Positions 26,691 through 39,415 of a stretch of DNA of 64,000 nucleotides are shown piece after piece. The DNA is taken from NCBI RefSeq assembly GCF_006345805.1, contig NC_043011.1, positions 23,696,464 through 23,760,463 of the forward strand, in the 5' to 3' direction. Origin of the DNA: Octopus sinensis (Eukaryota). Below the pieces are notes generated by a model. That model was not told the DNA's origin and ran no database searches. It saw only the letters and a list, made by a program, of their open reading frames with translations. The first letter of the stretch is position 1; each line of letters opens with the position of its first letter. Position numbers and translations under genes: made by a program.

Positions 26691-27284
26691 ATATATTATA
26701 TATATATTAGATAGATGGATGGATTGATATAGATGAGGTTAGCCAGTATCAATAGCTGATGAAAAGTAGATGCAAGGTAATAAAGTAGTAGATAAAGCGT
26801 AAGCAAATAGAGTATGATGGGTGTAAAACTAAAATGAAGTAGTCCAGGAGGGAGATATCATAAGAAAGAAGTTTCAGTTGGGGAAGAGTCTTGTTCTTGT
26901 GGAATATATGTAGTCTCAGTAGAGTAGTGGCTAATATCACCAAAGTAGCAAGGGTGAGTAATAAAACGTTAGCCATGAAACAGACAGTATGGTATCCATT
27001 ATAATCTCTACAATTGTTACACAAGTAGGATTAACAGATAAGCAAAACAAGCAAATCTACAAAGAAATAAAAAGTGAAATTAGAAGTAACTAGTAGTGGT
27101 TAACATATGCAAAACATGTTATAAAATTTGTTTGTGAAGTGGATAAGTTTGTCTGCTAACAAGGAAACCGGTATTGATGCTTTGAACAAAGTTCTTCTTC
27201 AGAGAGAGATACTAGAACTGCTTAAAATAGTACTGAGAAACTTGAATAACTTATCTTATTAGGCACCTATTTATTTCATATTAC

Positions 27285-27359
27285 ATTTGGTGTATTGCTG
27301 GTTCAGGATTTTCAACAGGCCAATCACAGTATTTCTATCAACAAGTGGCAAGGGAGCAT
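27285..27359 (-). CDS. Candidate 75-nt phase 1-1 exon (DAPLPLVDRNTVIGLLKILNQQYTK)
   Basis: Acceptor ..AAGTTGTACAG, donor AAAT|GTAATA; frame-preserving and open. No homology recognised. Confidence 0.25.
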
Positions 27360-27509
27360 CTGTACAACTTGGTTAAGAACAAATATCACAGATGTCAGTG
27401 CATTTGAATAAATTTCATCTAAGAGACCCACTTCTCTTTCATTTACTGTACCATGTCACCAGTGTAATAAGGAATGATAGTTTGGAACCTACCTTTATTT
27501 CAAACTCAC

Positions 27510-27530
27510 CATCACCACACGTCATGAAGC
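27510..27530 (-). CDS. Candidate 21-nt phase 1-1 microexon (GFMTCGD)
   Basis: Acceptor CAATCTCTCATACACAG, donor GATG|GTGAGT; open and in phase with the 34177 donor. Splice signals only. Confidence 0.3.
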
Positions 27531-28194
27531 CTGTGTATGAGAGATTGCAATGGATCTGACTGCACACCACACACTCTACCATCTTTTCTTTCTTGGACTA
27601 CTTGTTACTGACATTCATCAATTACACATCTACCCACTGAGGTTATTATTCTCTCCCACTTTACCCTCTTACTCCAATCACTGTTCCTACCATCAGGCTC
27701 TTGCTCTCTCAACCTTCACATACATGTTCTTTGTTAGGTGTCACTCTCTCTTCTATCCACCTTTACAGTCATATTGCCTTTAATGAATTAACACAGATTA
27801 ATGAGGGATATTCAATCTTATGGCATACAAGGCAACCTTATTAGTGATGGAACCATGATCAAATGCATCCAAAACACTGTAAAACAGTTGGTGATAGCAA
27901 GAGAATCTGGCTGGAGAAACCAAGCCAAAAACTTAACATAGTGAAATATGGGTTCTCTGACCTAACCCCAGCTACCTAAGGGGACAGTAACTAGTGAGAA
28001 GGATTGACTTGGAATGCAACAACCTGTCCAGCCTATGCCAGGGCATGAGTCTAAAATGTTATGAAACAGTGACAATGATTTCAAAGTACTCTGGTTTTAC
28101 ATTCTTCGCCAATATATTTCTTCAAAAGACATACACATTGTGTATGTATGTATATAATAAATATGTATATAATATATATATATAATATATATAT

Positions 28195-28455
28195 ATCACT
28201 GTGACCAACAAGGCTATCAGATGTTGCTACACATCGCTGGTCACAATGCACTTCACATTGTTTTAGCCTTCATATGACGCCGCCCTGCTGGCTAAGCAAG
28301 CAGGCCAAGAAAAGAAAGAGAGAAAGTTGTGGCAAACAAGTACAGCAGGGATCGCCGGGAGCCTCAGGGAGCTTTTACACCCGGTCTGGGAATCGAAACT
28401 GCGATCCTACAACCGCGAGTCCGCTGCTCGAACCACTGGGCCATTGCATCTCCAC
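28195..28455 (-). mobile_element. tRNA-derived SINE family E
   Basis: Head GTGGAGATGCAATGGCCCAGTGG..GTTTCGATTCCC with A- and B-box; tail shared with the 46478 copy. Confidence 0.85.
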
Positions 28456-29839
28456 ACACACACACACACATATATTTATATATACACACACACATGCATG
28501 CAGATGCACACAGCAAACTTTCATATAGTTTCCATCAGCCAAATTTCACTCACATGTCATTGGTCAACTCAAGGATATCACAGAAGACACTTGCTTAAGG
28601 TGCTGTGCCATTGTATCAAACCTGGAACCATGTGGTTGTGAAACAAACTTGTTGACTATTTCACCATGCCTGCAGCTACTTGAACAACCTCAAAGAGCAA
28701 TGATAATAGATATTATGGTAATGAAAAATGTTAATCACAATGTAGGAAGCATCAGTGTGTGTGTGTATACATGCACAGGTGATGGGCTCTCCATCTAATA
28801 AGAGAGCCAACATACCTGACTTATATGAAGGTTCTTTCCAGCCTGATGAACAGTTGAAAAGAATACATATCTGCAGCAACATGTATTTGCTTTTTAATAT
28901 GGTACTTTACTGAGCTGTGGGATTAGATTCCAGGATCTTTTCAGAAAGTTGCTCTCTATTAAGGAGATACACTTCTCATCCACTTAATGCAATACAAAAC
29001 GAATTTAGTTCTGGTTTTATGGATACTTAATTTATGAGACTTGAACTTTTAATAAATGTAAATATTTTCTAATGACCAATGAGATTGAAATAAGAGCAAA
29101 CCAACTTATACTTCTTTAAATAAACAGGACTGAGATGAGTAGTTATTAAGATGAAATTTTTTCTGGGAACTTTTAACTCCATCATTAGAGTGTATATTTT
29201 TAAAAAATGGTGACCCTGTCAATGTTGGTGACATGGCTGTAAAAAGCACCCAGAACACTGTGAAGTGATTGGTATTAGGAAGGGCATCTAACCATAGAAG
29301 CCATACCAAAATAGGCAATGTAGTTTGGTGTGGCCCCTGTCCTTATCAGCTCCTGTTAAACCATCCAAACCATGCCAGCATGGAAAAATGGACGTTAAAT
29401 GATGATTTATCTGTACACTATGCTTTGATCAGTTCAGTATTCCTTCATTACTAAGTATCATATTCCGGAATGGAAATGTGGTCCCAGACAGGATTCAAAC
29501 TAAAGACCTTTCTGAACCAAAAGTAACAAATCACTAGTGCGTGTATATACATGTACCAATAGCTAAGTGGATAAGGGCATTTTCACTACCTTTTGTTAAA
29601 GAATTTTATACTCTTGTTTCATGTTAATATTAGGGTTGTGTGTTATCTGAGAATAATAGATTTATTAAACATAAGAATACATATAAGTGAAGCTCAGATT
29701 ATAATTTAATAAGTATTGATTAAAATCAACCTAATAGTCTTGTAGATCTTTCCTGAGAAGTAACCCAATATTTTTTTTTAATACCATGAAATGAAACCCA
29801 TGTCCATAAAACAAAACAGGATCATAATATTAAAGTTCA

Positions 29840-30232
29840 TTATCATCATCAGTTTTAAAATCCATTTTTGCATATTAGCATGGGTCACATGAAATTTGAG
29901 GTGGAATTTCTGCAGCCAGATGCCATTCTTGTTGCCAACCCACACCCATTCCAATTGACCAGACAGGTTTTTATGGAAGATTGGAAATGATGGGCACTGA
30001 CATGATGGTGATATTTGCTTATAATTACCATGTGATGTCAGGACAAGAAGACAATAACAGACTCACTCATACATATGACAGGCTTCTTTCGGTTTCCATC
30101 TACCAAATCCACTCACAAGGCTTTGGTTGGCTTGGGGTTATAGTAAACACTTGCCCAAGGTGTCATGCAGCAAGAGTGAACCCAAAACCATGTGGTTGTG
30201 AAGTAAACTTCTTACCACACAGCCACACTTGC
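29840..30232 (-). mobile_element. SINE family F copy
   Basis: Same tail, body and head arrangement as the 20250 copy. Confidence 0.75.
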
Positions 30233-31707
30233 ACAAATGAAGTGAATGATTTTTTTGGTATTTAACACAAATTTCAGAAAACCAGAAAGCCATTAAACCA
30301 ACAGGCTATCTACTAGACAGGTAGTGTACTCATAGCTGCAATTACTTTGTTCTGACCAGGAAAAGAGGCATGGAAATTTATTTAATTTTCAGTTAACTCT
30401 TGGTGATAAATTTGCTCTCCAACATAGATTAGTTAGTAATGAATTTACATTGAAAATCAAGATAAAGACAAGAACTCAACAAGCAAAAGGTGGAGTGCAG
30501 AATCTGAAAAATGTCTGTGTAGCGCCAATGAAATTCAATGAATATACAGAGTCAAAAACACTAGATATTCCTAAGAGATTCAGTGTCAATCACTAACTAA
30601 TTGTGATACAAGCTCAAGCCCCTAATCAGACAACAAAAATGTAATAGGTAAGACTGAAAGAAGTAACAGGTTTGGTAGAAAGTGGAAGGAAAATAACAGG
30701 AGACAAAGAAAATAAGCTTATTGTAAGGTTTACAGAGCAGAGAGAGAGAGATGCAAAACTTAGGAAATTTGCCAATGTTCTGCATTGAGAGAATGAAAAA
30801 CAAAGTGCTTTGAGTTACACAACAGTATCTAGACAAATCAAAACAACAGTAGAGAGGAGTCATTTCAAAATGACATGTGCACATTTGCCCTCAATGACAA
30901 ATACATGAAAGATTTGAAAATGTCACTGTGACATTGGTAAGAAATATGAAAGTAACAAAGAGCATCTGCATATAATAGACTCAACAGAGGAGCCAAGTAT
31001 TAAGACCAATGTGGAAAATGGTTAACAGGAAAATTAAAGACAGATAAAACTGCAGTTGGTTATTGCTCAATATTGAGGTGTTAAATGAATAAGAAAGCAG
31101 AAAATAGGATTCTCCTGGTTTATACGTTTCTCAAGGACATTAGCAAAGAGATGCAGTGAAACGGCTTCAATTTGGTATTGAAATAACAATGTGGACATAA
31201 CCATCCTGCAGCTTGCCTTTATTGTACAGAACTCTAAATGGTAAAAACTGATTGAAAACATCAAATTGGGAGTCAGCATAATTGGCAGAGAAGAATAAGT
31301 GTTTACTAAGGAAAAATAATAATAATAGTAAAAGGAAACACCTGCACATAATGAACAACTTATTCAAAGAATATCCCCAAAATTTGCTAATGCAAAGCTG
31401 TCTGGCAAACTCCGAAGTCAGAGAAGTAGATTTGAATTAATCACCTCCTAGATATTGACCAAAACACATTTTCATAATTTCTCCATGGAAATTCACTCTT
31501 ACATATCTTATCACCAACCAAATCTTTAAGATTTTGACTAGATCATTCCTATGATGTTTTCTAACAAAGGTTAGTTTTTACCCACTCTGATACCGACTCG
31601 ACTTCCCCCAACAAAAAAAAATAAATGAATATCTTTGCACGAAGCTCAAATATAAAAAAAAAATTAAATCTAAATGCTGAACCAAACAAATGGGTATTTT
31701 TCAATGT

Positions 31708-31759
<52 letters not shown>

Positions 31760-34176
31760 CACACAAAATTATGACCTGATACAATATTTAAACATTCATG
31801 TTTCCACGAAAATATAAGAATTGGAAGTACTAGAGGAATTAAATGGATTTACAATCTCATATTTTATTACGTAAGATTTTGGCACAAAGACTGAGAACCT
31901 TATAGTAATTTATAAAATTCCATAGCACTGACAAAGTTGGTTGAACCAAGGATCGACCGTGTGGATGGAATAGAACTGAAACAAGATATGCTTTCAGAAG
32001 TTGGAAGAAAACGAAGAATACCGAATCAAGAATTTCTTTGAAAAAGTCTATTTCAAAAAAACCTTTAAAAAAAATTCCTCGTCGTTACTTTTTATGAAGT
32101 AGGGAAATGGGGGGAGGCAACCGACTTTTGATAAACAAATTAAAATTAACTTGGAATAATTATTTTAATCATGCAAACATGGCTGTTCATAGAGTAAAAA
32201 TCAGCAGCTCTCAATCAAATATTTTTTTTACTGCTCATTAACTAAGCAAGTTATCTTAAAAACTTAACCCAATGTCTTATGTCAAGACAAAGGTTATTTT
32301 GTAGCAGTCACTAGCTACCACAAGAATGACCTTTGGTTTACAAATGTGTCAATTATACATGAGCTAAAATAGCATACAAGTAGTTGACCAGCAACAATAG
32401 ACAATGTGACTAAAGAATGGAAAATGATCACAGGCGACAACTACTGATGCTAAATCAACAAATTAACATATTCGTCTTAAGGGGTTCGTTAGATAGATAA
32501 GTTATTCAAAATATGTTCAAAATAAAACTTGATTTCCTTTCAGGGGGGAATCATATATTAATATTTATACATTAACCTAGTCAGACAGCGAATCAAACAT
32601 GCTGCAATTAATTATTACACAATCGACAACACAGCTAAAATAATTTTTATGTTTGACGATTTTGTTTCAAACTAAGTTTAGCAAAGAAAGCCAGTTAACT
32701 TTAATGCCAACCAGATAGAGCAATAACACGAAATAAATGGGTGGTATATATATTCTGACCATAGCGATTATTTCAAATACACAATGAAAAGTATGAAAGA
32801 AACAATGTTTCTTCTGTATTTTCTATATTTATTATTACGTTATTTTGTAAGCGTAGAAGAAGGGGGGAAAAAATCTTGAAAAATATTCATGTCCTAATTA
32901 AAAGAAGTGAATAAGAAATATCAGGTGATCGAAATCGGTCGAAAATAAAAAGACCACATTGCTGAGGAGGAGGGCGTGAAGCTCTTCTCTTTATCATCTG
33001 ACCATTTAGTTCAGCAACTAGTGAAAGACAATCGCCGAAGACACAATGTTTTTGTAGAATTTTTAGACTACAGCAATTTTGACGATGTTCAATGTACGTG
33101 TAATGGCAACGAAATACCCATTTTGCTAAGTAGGATAAAACCCAGCCACATATGATTTTTTTTTTATTTACTTATTTATTTGCTTCCCACCATCGCGAGG
33201 AAAGGTTGTCATAGCCTCAATGTGAGCTTCAAGGAAATGACAATAGTCGGCGAATGGAAGTCTAGGATTTTCCTTCAATGGAACAAATGCTTGATCAACT
33301 CAGTAATATTCTGAAATAGCCAACGTACACACATATATTTAACCGTTACGAGTTTACTTTCTCAGCATCGATCAATTAAATGTTGTGTATTTCTTTATTA
33401 AGAAGGAACAAGCCTGTGACCATACAGAAGGATTCGTCAAGGGGACCACAACATACATTTGAAACATTTTACTTGGCAACACATGTGTCACGACCATACG
33501 GGTTCAACAAAAACAAATTAAACACAGATGGGGTAAAATCTTGAGGGACATTGTGGTTTAACAAAAATTCCAGACACTGATTCACTAATTACTATTATAC
33601 ATAGCAAGAATCCTACTCACCCCATTTCACACATAATTATTGCTAAATCTGGCCAAATAGAAGTTGGAGTAATTTATTTTCTTTTACAGCACTCGGAAGT
33701 GTATACATTTACCCCAACAAATGTATAATTTAGCTTTTGAAATAACCTAGTGATGTGGATTACGTTTATTTTTGAAACCCAAGTCTTTAGAAAACAGAAG
33801 TTTACAACGAAACAGTAAATGTTGCTGAAGATTTAGATAAGATCGGCGTATTTATTGGCATTTCATCAAGTAGTTTCATAAGTGTAAAATGTTTATTTTA
33901 TACAATAGACAAACAAATAGCCTACACGAAGGTCTCACAAGAGATTTTCTTTACAGGGTGCGGAACTTAGTCACTGGAAATGAATCACAGAATAGCTGGA
34001 TTAAATATTTTTGCATGTGAAAAACATGTGGAGTCTACTTGACAAATTATGCCTTTTGCTTTATTATCCCAACAACAATAATAATAATAATTATTATAAT
34101 TATAATAATAGACAAGCATGTTTGTTCTCCTTTAATTACATATAAAGGATCTAAGGACTGAAAGCCTTGTACTTAC

Positions 34177-34570
34177 CGGCGCCTGCACCGACAGGACTGG
34201 TAGTGGTTTGAGAACTGCTGGATATGGAAGTTGTTGAAGGTGGTGGTACACTACCTGTAGGTGTTTTGGTATCACTAGTTTGTAATAATCCTGTCTGTTG
34301 AGATGCTGTTTGTTGCTGTGTTGTATTTTGCTGTGGCTGGCTACTACCACCATTTCCTTCTGTTGGCACTTCAGGTATATTGGGACTACTAGGATTCGAG
34401 GCGCTCATCCCAGTAGTATTGGGGGCACTAGAGGTAGAGACAACTGATACAGAAGTGTTTTCGAGAGTGTTGGGTGTCACCATCGTAGGGGAAGTGTCTT
34501 TAGTGGTAGAGGAAGCCTTAGTGGTGTTGGAGCTAGCAGTCGCAAGCACATCCTTCACTTCCGTCGCCAT
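34177..34570 (-). CDS. First coding exon of an unidentified gene; 131 codons plus 1 nt, low-complexity S/T/Q/P-rich N-terminus (MATEVKDVLATASS...TTSPVGAGA|G)
   Basis: ATG in strong context (CAACATGGCG), GC-richer open frame, near-consensus donor CCG|GTAAGT (acttac at 34171-34176), acceptor TGTAG| with the exon starting at 34599. The ORF-track tail KYKAFSP is intron read-through. Confidence 0.85.
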
Positions 34571-35640
34571 GTTGAAGGAAGTTGGTCGGCGGTGACCAGC
34601 TACAGCACATATACAGATCCAAAACCAGTTTCACTTTTATAAATAGTTGAATTATGAAATCTACTCCGAAGAATCATAAACGATAAGACACGAATCTCCC
34701 TCCTCCACTTCCGGTGGAAACTTAATTATACCTGTCTCCGTGTTCTTCGCTCGTTCAATGAAACGCTAGTTTTTTTTTTTCTTTTTTTAATATATATATA
34801 CACTTATATATACATATATATATATATCGATATATATTAGCAAGTTTATAATTCAATTTCAATTAGGAAATACAATACTTAATTACCACCTGCTATAAAC
34901 ATAGAGTCTGATTATTAAGTAGCCACTATTTGCCCCACAAACAAAACAGAGGGTGTTCTAAACATATATATATACATAAAACACTAATAAGGTAGTTATG
35001 ATGCAACTAATGTTGATAGTGCTTTTTGACTAGTCATATTCTAATGATAATTACAAGAAAATGAGAAAAGGAACATCCGATTTGGTTGATAAATCGACAC
35101 ACCAACTGAGGCAATTAATAATCCGTTAGGTGAGATGTTATCTATTCTAACGAGAAACTGCACGATAGAAACACGGTTTAGAATAGGAACATCTCATTAG
35201 GTAATGTGGTACCACTTCAGTTATTCTGTATGATTGTAATGATAGCATCAATGGCGTGCAATATCCGACAGGGAGTGTCAATTGAAGTGTTATAGAGAGG
35301 CAGTATTGAATAATAGGCACTTTCCGTTGTGCTTTCGTGGTACATTCATGACAGCAACACCCTTGTTCCTTCATCCATTTGCTGTCTCCATTGTAGTGGG
35401 AATCTACAGGCCACAATGCCGGGTGCTACTAGTTGTTGTGATAGAGATACAGTAATGCTAGTAGCAGCAGTACTAGGTAAAGCCAATGATGTAGCAGTAT
35501 TACTTAGTTCAGCCAGCAGCAATATCAGCTGCCGCCACATTGCCTGATTTTATTGAAGTAGCGCATGCGTATCACGGGAAATTCCTAGCGATGATAATCC
35601 GTAATACTAACATCGTGCGTGTGGGTGTAACAAGGGAAAC
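34560..35640. promoter_or_regulatory. Promoter region with housekeeping-type motifs
   Basis: ETS-like CCGGAAGT (plus-strand acttccgg, 34707-34714), YY1-like AACATGGCG over the start codon, NRF1-like GCGCATGCG (35561-35569). CpG is visibly retained compared with the rest of the window. Confidence 0.6.
34732..34775 (-). other. Non-coding 5' UTR exon of the minus-strand gene (5' boundary approximate)
   Basis: Donor GAGACAG|GTATAA at 34731 and acceptor ..TGTGCTGTAG| at 34600 define a 132-nt GT-AG intron upstream of the ATG exon. Confidence 0.6.
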
Positions 35641-37893
35641 AACTCTATTCTTCTTAAACCCATTCTCCTATTTATTCCACGTTCGCAAGAACTGAATATA
35701 TTAAAATATTGATGATTATGCAACGATTTGTTTATGGGTATTTTACGTTATAATACAGTTAGCCCAAAAGATTTAAGCGTACCACTCTGAAATCTTGTAT
35801 TCTTACGAAAAATATGCTATCAAAAAGTAATCTATAATGTTATCTATTCAATCGAATGTTCACATTTGACATATGAACATTAGTATGCACGATAAGATTT
35901 TGTGTTACATTTTCAACGAAACAAATCCTATCTGTAATCAATGACAAATTCGGAGATGGAAATTTACTTATCTCTTAAACCAATTAATCAACATTTCAGT
36001 ATGTCGTTTTAAAAAATAAAGTTTACTATTTCTCTGGCTATGGGCTTGTCACATCCTCTAACTTGATCCATGCCAGAAAAATAGTTTAAATTCTTATACA
36101 TTACATATTAAAACGTTTTCTTCCTAATTACAAGAGTTTTAAAAAGTTTATTTTTGTTTCGTTTTTGCTTTGTTTTTATATGACTGTTGTTTCCGTCTTG
36201 TTTTTGTATGACAATTGTTTTGTTATGTTTACGTTATTTTATATGTTCGTGCTCTACAAGCACATCCTACTTATACGACAAGATGCGCCTGTGTATCTGA
36301 TAGCTAATTTACCTAATTTACTCAGTCTGATTAAAGCTACTCTATAATAGCTGTGATGTCTTCATAAAACACAGAAGTTTGTTCTATATAGCTTCGAAAC
36401 CCGTTGCATCTAACAAATAAAAGATAGCTTCTAATGGATAAACAGCAAGTCTTTTGGTCACATTCGCAGGACGCTCAGTGCCCATCCTACATAGCTTGGT
36501 GAACTGAAGTACAATAAAATGTATTGTCACCAGAAATACAATACAATTAAACAGAGAAACCAAAATCTAACAGTTGAACTGTTACACTGTTATCTTTTAT
36601 TTTTTATTTGTTTTAGTCATTAGACTGCGGCCATGCCGGGGCACCAACTTACATAATTTTTTGTCGAATGGATCAACCCCAGTACTTATTTTTTGCTTGT
36701 TAAGCCTAGCACTTATTTTATCGGTCAGTTTTGCCAAACTGCTATATTACAGAGATGTAAACACCAGCTGTCGAGCGAATGCGGGGAACAAACAATGACA
36801 CAAAGACACACATATATTTATATAGATATATATAACAAAACAGAAGCTGGAAATTTTTTTTGGCATTATTTCTTCAGAATTGCACATGTTTTATTTGCAA
36901 AGAATTATAGAGTTTTACATGTTGGATAAAAATGTAAGGAATTTCCTATCAGGAATTCTTCAGACAGAAAATTAAATATTGTTAATATTTCCAGAATTTA
37001 AGGCGGCAAGCTGGCAAAATCGTTTGCACACCGGACAAAATGCTTAGCAGTTTTCATCCATCTTTATATTCTGAGTTCAAATTCCACTAAGGTCCTTTCA
37101 GAGTGGATAAAATAAGTATCAGTTGATTATTGGGGGGGGGGGGGCGATGTAATCGACTTACCCAAGCCCCCAATTTCCCTGGCCTTGTGCCAAAATCTGA
37201 AACCACTATTTCCAGAATTTTCAACTTTAATGTATACCTTGCATCTATACAACAATGACACCAACTGCATACTGGATTGTAATAATGAAATAATCAGATG
37301 TACTTCAAGAGGAAAAAGCTGGGATTTTACCCTACTTCCCAACCTACATAATAAGGTGCAGGAGTAGCTGTGTAGTAAGTAACTTGCTTGCCAACCACAT
37401 GGTTCCAGATTCAGTCCCACTAGTGCTGGTGCTATGGAAAAAAGTGCTCAGTACACTCTGTAAAGTGGTTAGAGTCAAGGAAGGCATCCTGCCATAGAAG
37501 CCATGCAAAAGGAGATATTAAAGCACTATGGCCCTATCAGATCCTGTCGAAATGTTCAACTCATGCCAGCTCAGAAGATGAACTTTGGAAGATGATCATG
37601 GTCTTACATCAAATAGCCAATTGTTTATTCTTAAGTTTGATTTTTTAGTTCAGTTCCTGGATCATACTGCGTGTAGTGTTCTGGAGCAAGACACTTTATT
37701 TCACATTGCTCCAGTTCACTCAGCTGTAGAAATGAGTTGCAAAGTCACTGGTGCCAAGCTGTTTCAGCCTGTTGCCTTTCCCTTAGATAAAATTGGAGGC
37801 ATAGATAGAGGAGGCCGGTATGCCTGGGCAACTGTTGGTCTTCCATAAACAACCTTTCCCAAACTTGTTCCCTCGGAAGGTAACTTTCTAGAT

Positions 37894-38162
37894 CTTCTTC
37901 TTCTTACAGCATTCACCCTGGGTGGGTTGAGCTGGCTTCATTCATCCTCAATGCTGCATCTCTCACAAACGCTGACCAGGCCTGGCGATTTGAGGCTAAC
38001 GACCGCGTGATCTCCAACCACTCATTCCAGCGGCGAACGCTGTAGATATAGGGGCCTAGGTTGGGTTCCAGATCAGCCTTGACCGTCAACAGCCAGGTTT
38101 TTCGTTGCCCACCACATTGCTTTCGCCAACCCTGAAGGGGAGCTGGGGTTCAAATATTTCTC
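37894..38162 (-). mobile_element. 5'-truncated RTE LINE with 12-bp target-site duplication, inserted in an older SINE
   Basis: AACTTTCTAGAT at 37882-37893 and 38163-38174; minus-strand WRKQCGGQRKTWLLTVKADLEPNLGPYIYSVRRWNEW..SNRQAWSAFVRDA; (GAA)n tail. Confidence 0.85.
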
Positions 38163-38297
38163 AACTTTCTAGATATAATCCCATGGTCATTCATGACCAA
38201 AGTGGGTCTTTACCCTTTACCCTTTTACCCTTATTCTTAAAGCTCTTTCATTTTGCATTCTTTTAATCTGATTGGCTTTGCATTTCATTGTCTAGAA

Positions 38298-38899
38298 CAG
38301 TGGTTCTCAACTGGGGTCAATATGACCACTTGGGTCCACATAGGCAAAATAGTAAATTGGGTCCACAGTATTATTTTAAGAATCCATGAAAAAGTTTTGC
38401 TCTCGATGTATTTATAACAAGAAACGGCTACTTTTTTCCCTGTAACATTTTACATAGCTCAACCTACACAAGTGAATGTGTGATGAACAAAATAGTAATT
38501 TTGAAAGAAATATCTATAAAACTACTTTTTTTTTTTCCTTAGCCAGTCTCATGGGCCAGGTTTCCCAGTTTCTATGGCGTATGTGTTCCCCAGCTGGATG
38601 GGACGCCAGTCCATCGCAGCGTTACTCATTTTTGCCAGCTGAGTGGACTGGAGCAACGTGAAATGAAGTGTTTTGCTCAAGAACACAACGCGTCGCCCGG
38701 TCCAGGAATCGAAACCACAATCTTACGATCATGGTGCTGACACCCTAACCACTAAGCTATGTGCCTCCACTATCTATAAAACTATAATATATAAATATCT
38801 ATAAAACTACTTTTTAAACATCGAATTGTTAGTGGGTGGGGGTCACCAGAATAAAATAGTAATCAAAGGAGTCCATAGACAAAAAGATCATTGAACACT
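38298..38899. mobile_element. hAT (Charlie-like) MITE containing a nested SINE
   Basis: Termini CAGTGGTTCTCAA / TTGAACACTG near TCTAGA sites; internal sequence shared with 60435-60759. Confidence 0.75.
38526..38770 (-). mobile_element. tRNA-derived SINE family D with intact Pol III boxes
   Basis: A box TAGCTTAGTGG (38749-38759), B box GTTTCGATTCC (38705-38715), T-tail, flanking duplicated TATCTATAAAACTA. Confidence 0.85.
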
Positions 38900-39025
38900 G
38901 CAGATCTAGAAGGTCGATAGAATATATACCAGCAATATACTCAGTTTACGTCAATGTATTATAAATCTTTTTTGTAAAAATAAATTGACTTTGTCTCTTT
39001 TGAAAACAAAAAAAAAATTATATAT

Positions 39026-39415
39026 GAGTGGCTGTGTGGTAAGTAGCTTGTTTACGAACCACATAGTTCTGGGTTCAGTCCCACTGTGTGGCACCTTGGG
39101 CAAGTGTCTTCTACTATAGCCTCGGGTCGACCAAAGCCCTGTGAGTGGATTTGGTAGAAGGAAACTGAAAGAAGCCCATCGTATATATGTGTATATATAT
39201 ATGTGTGTGTGTGTCTGTGTTTGTCCCCCCAACATCACTTGACAACTGATGCTTGTGTGTTTACGTCACCGTAACTTAGCAGTTCGGCAAAAGAGACTGA
39301 TAGAATAAGTACTAGGCTTACAAAGAATAAGTCCTGGGGTCGATTTGCTCAACTAAAGGCGGTGCTCCAGCATGGCCACAGTCAAATGACTGAAACAAGT
39401 AAAACAGTAACAGAG
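39026..39415 (+). mobile_element. SINE family A, full length
   Basis: Complete head-to-tail match to other family-A copies. Confidence 0.9.

Noticed and set aside
26749-27024. 91-aa hydrophobic minus ORF
   Set aside because: Non-ATG start, T-rich composition sufficient to explain the hydrophobicity, and adjacent to LINE debris.
34151-34176. C-terminal KYKAFSP* making a single-exon 139-aa protein
   Set aside because: It begins exactly at a consensus GTAAGT donor, so it is intron read-through.
34380-34595. Plus-strand 71-aa ORF
   Set aside because: Antisense shadow of the real minus-strand exon.
35147-35547. Overlapping 64-89 aa ORFs upstream of the gene
   Set aside because: GC-richer promoter sequence gives chance ORFs on both strands; only the first 37 nt after ATG 35540 is kept as a hypothesis.
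38697-38770. tRNA gene
   Set aside because: A and B boxes are present, but there is no acceptor-stem closure and it continues into a SINE body and T-tail; the same holds for the heads at 28380-28455, 46700-46779 and 62785-62875.
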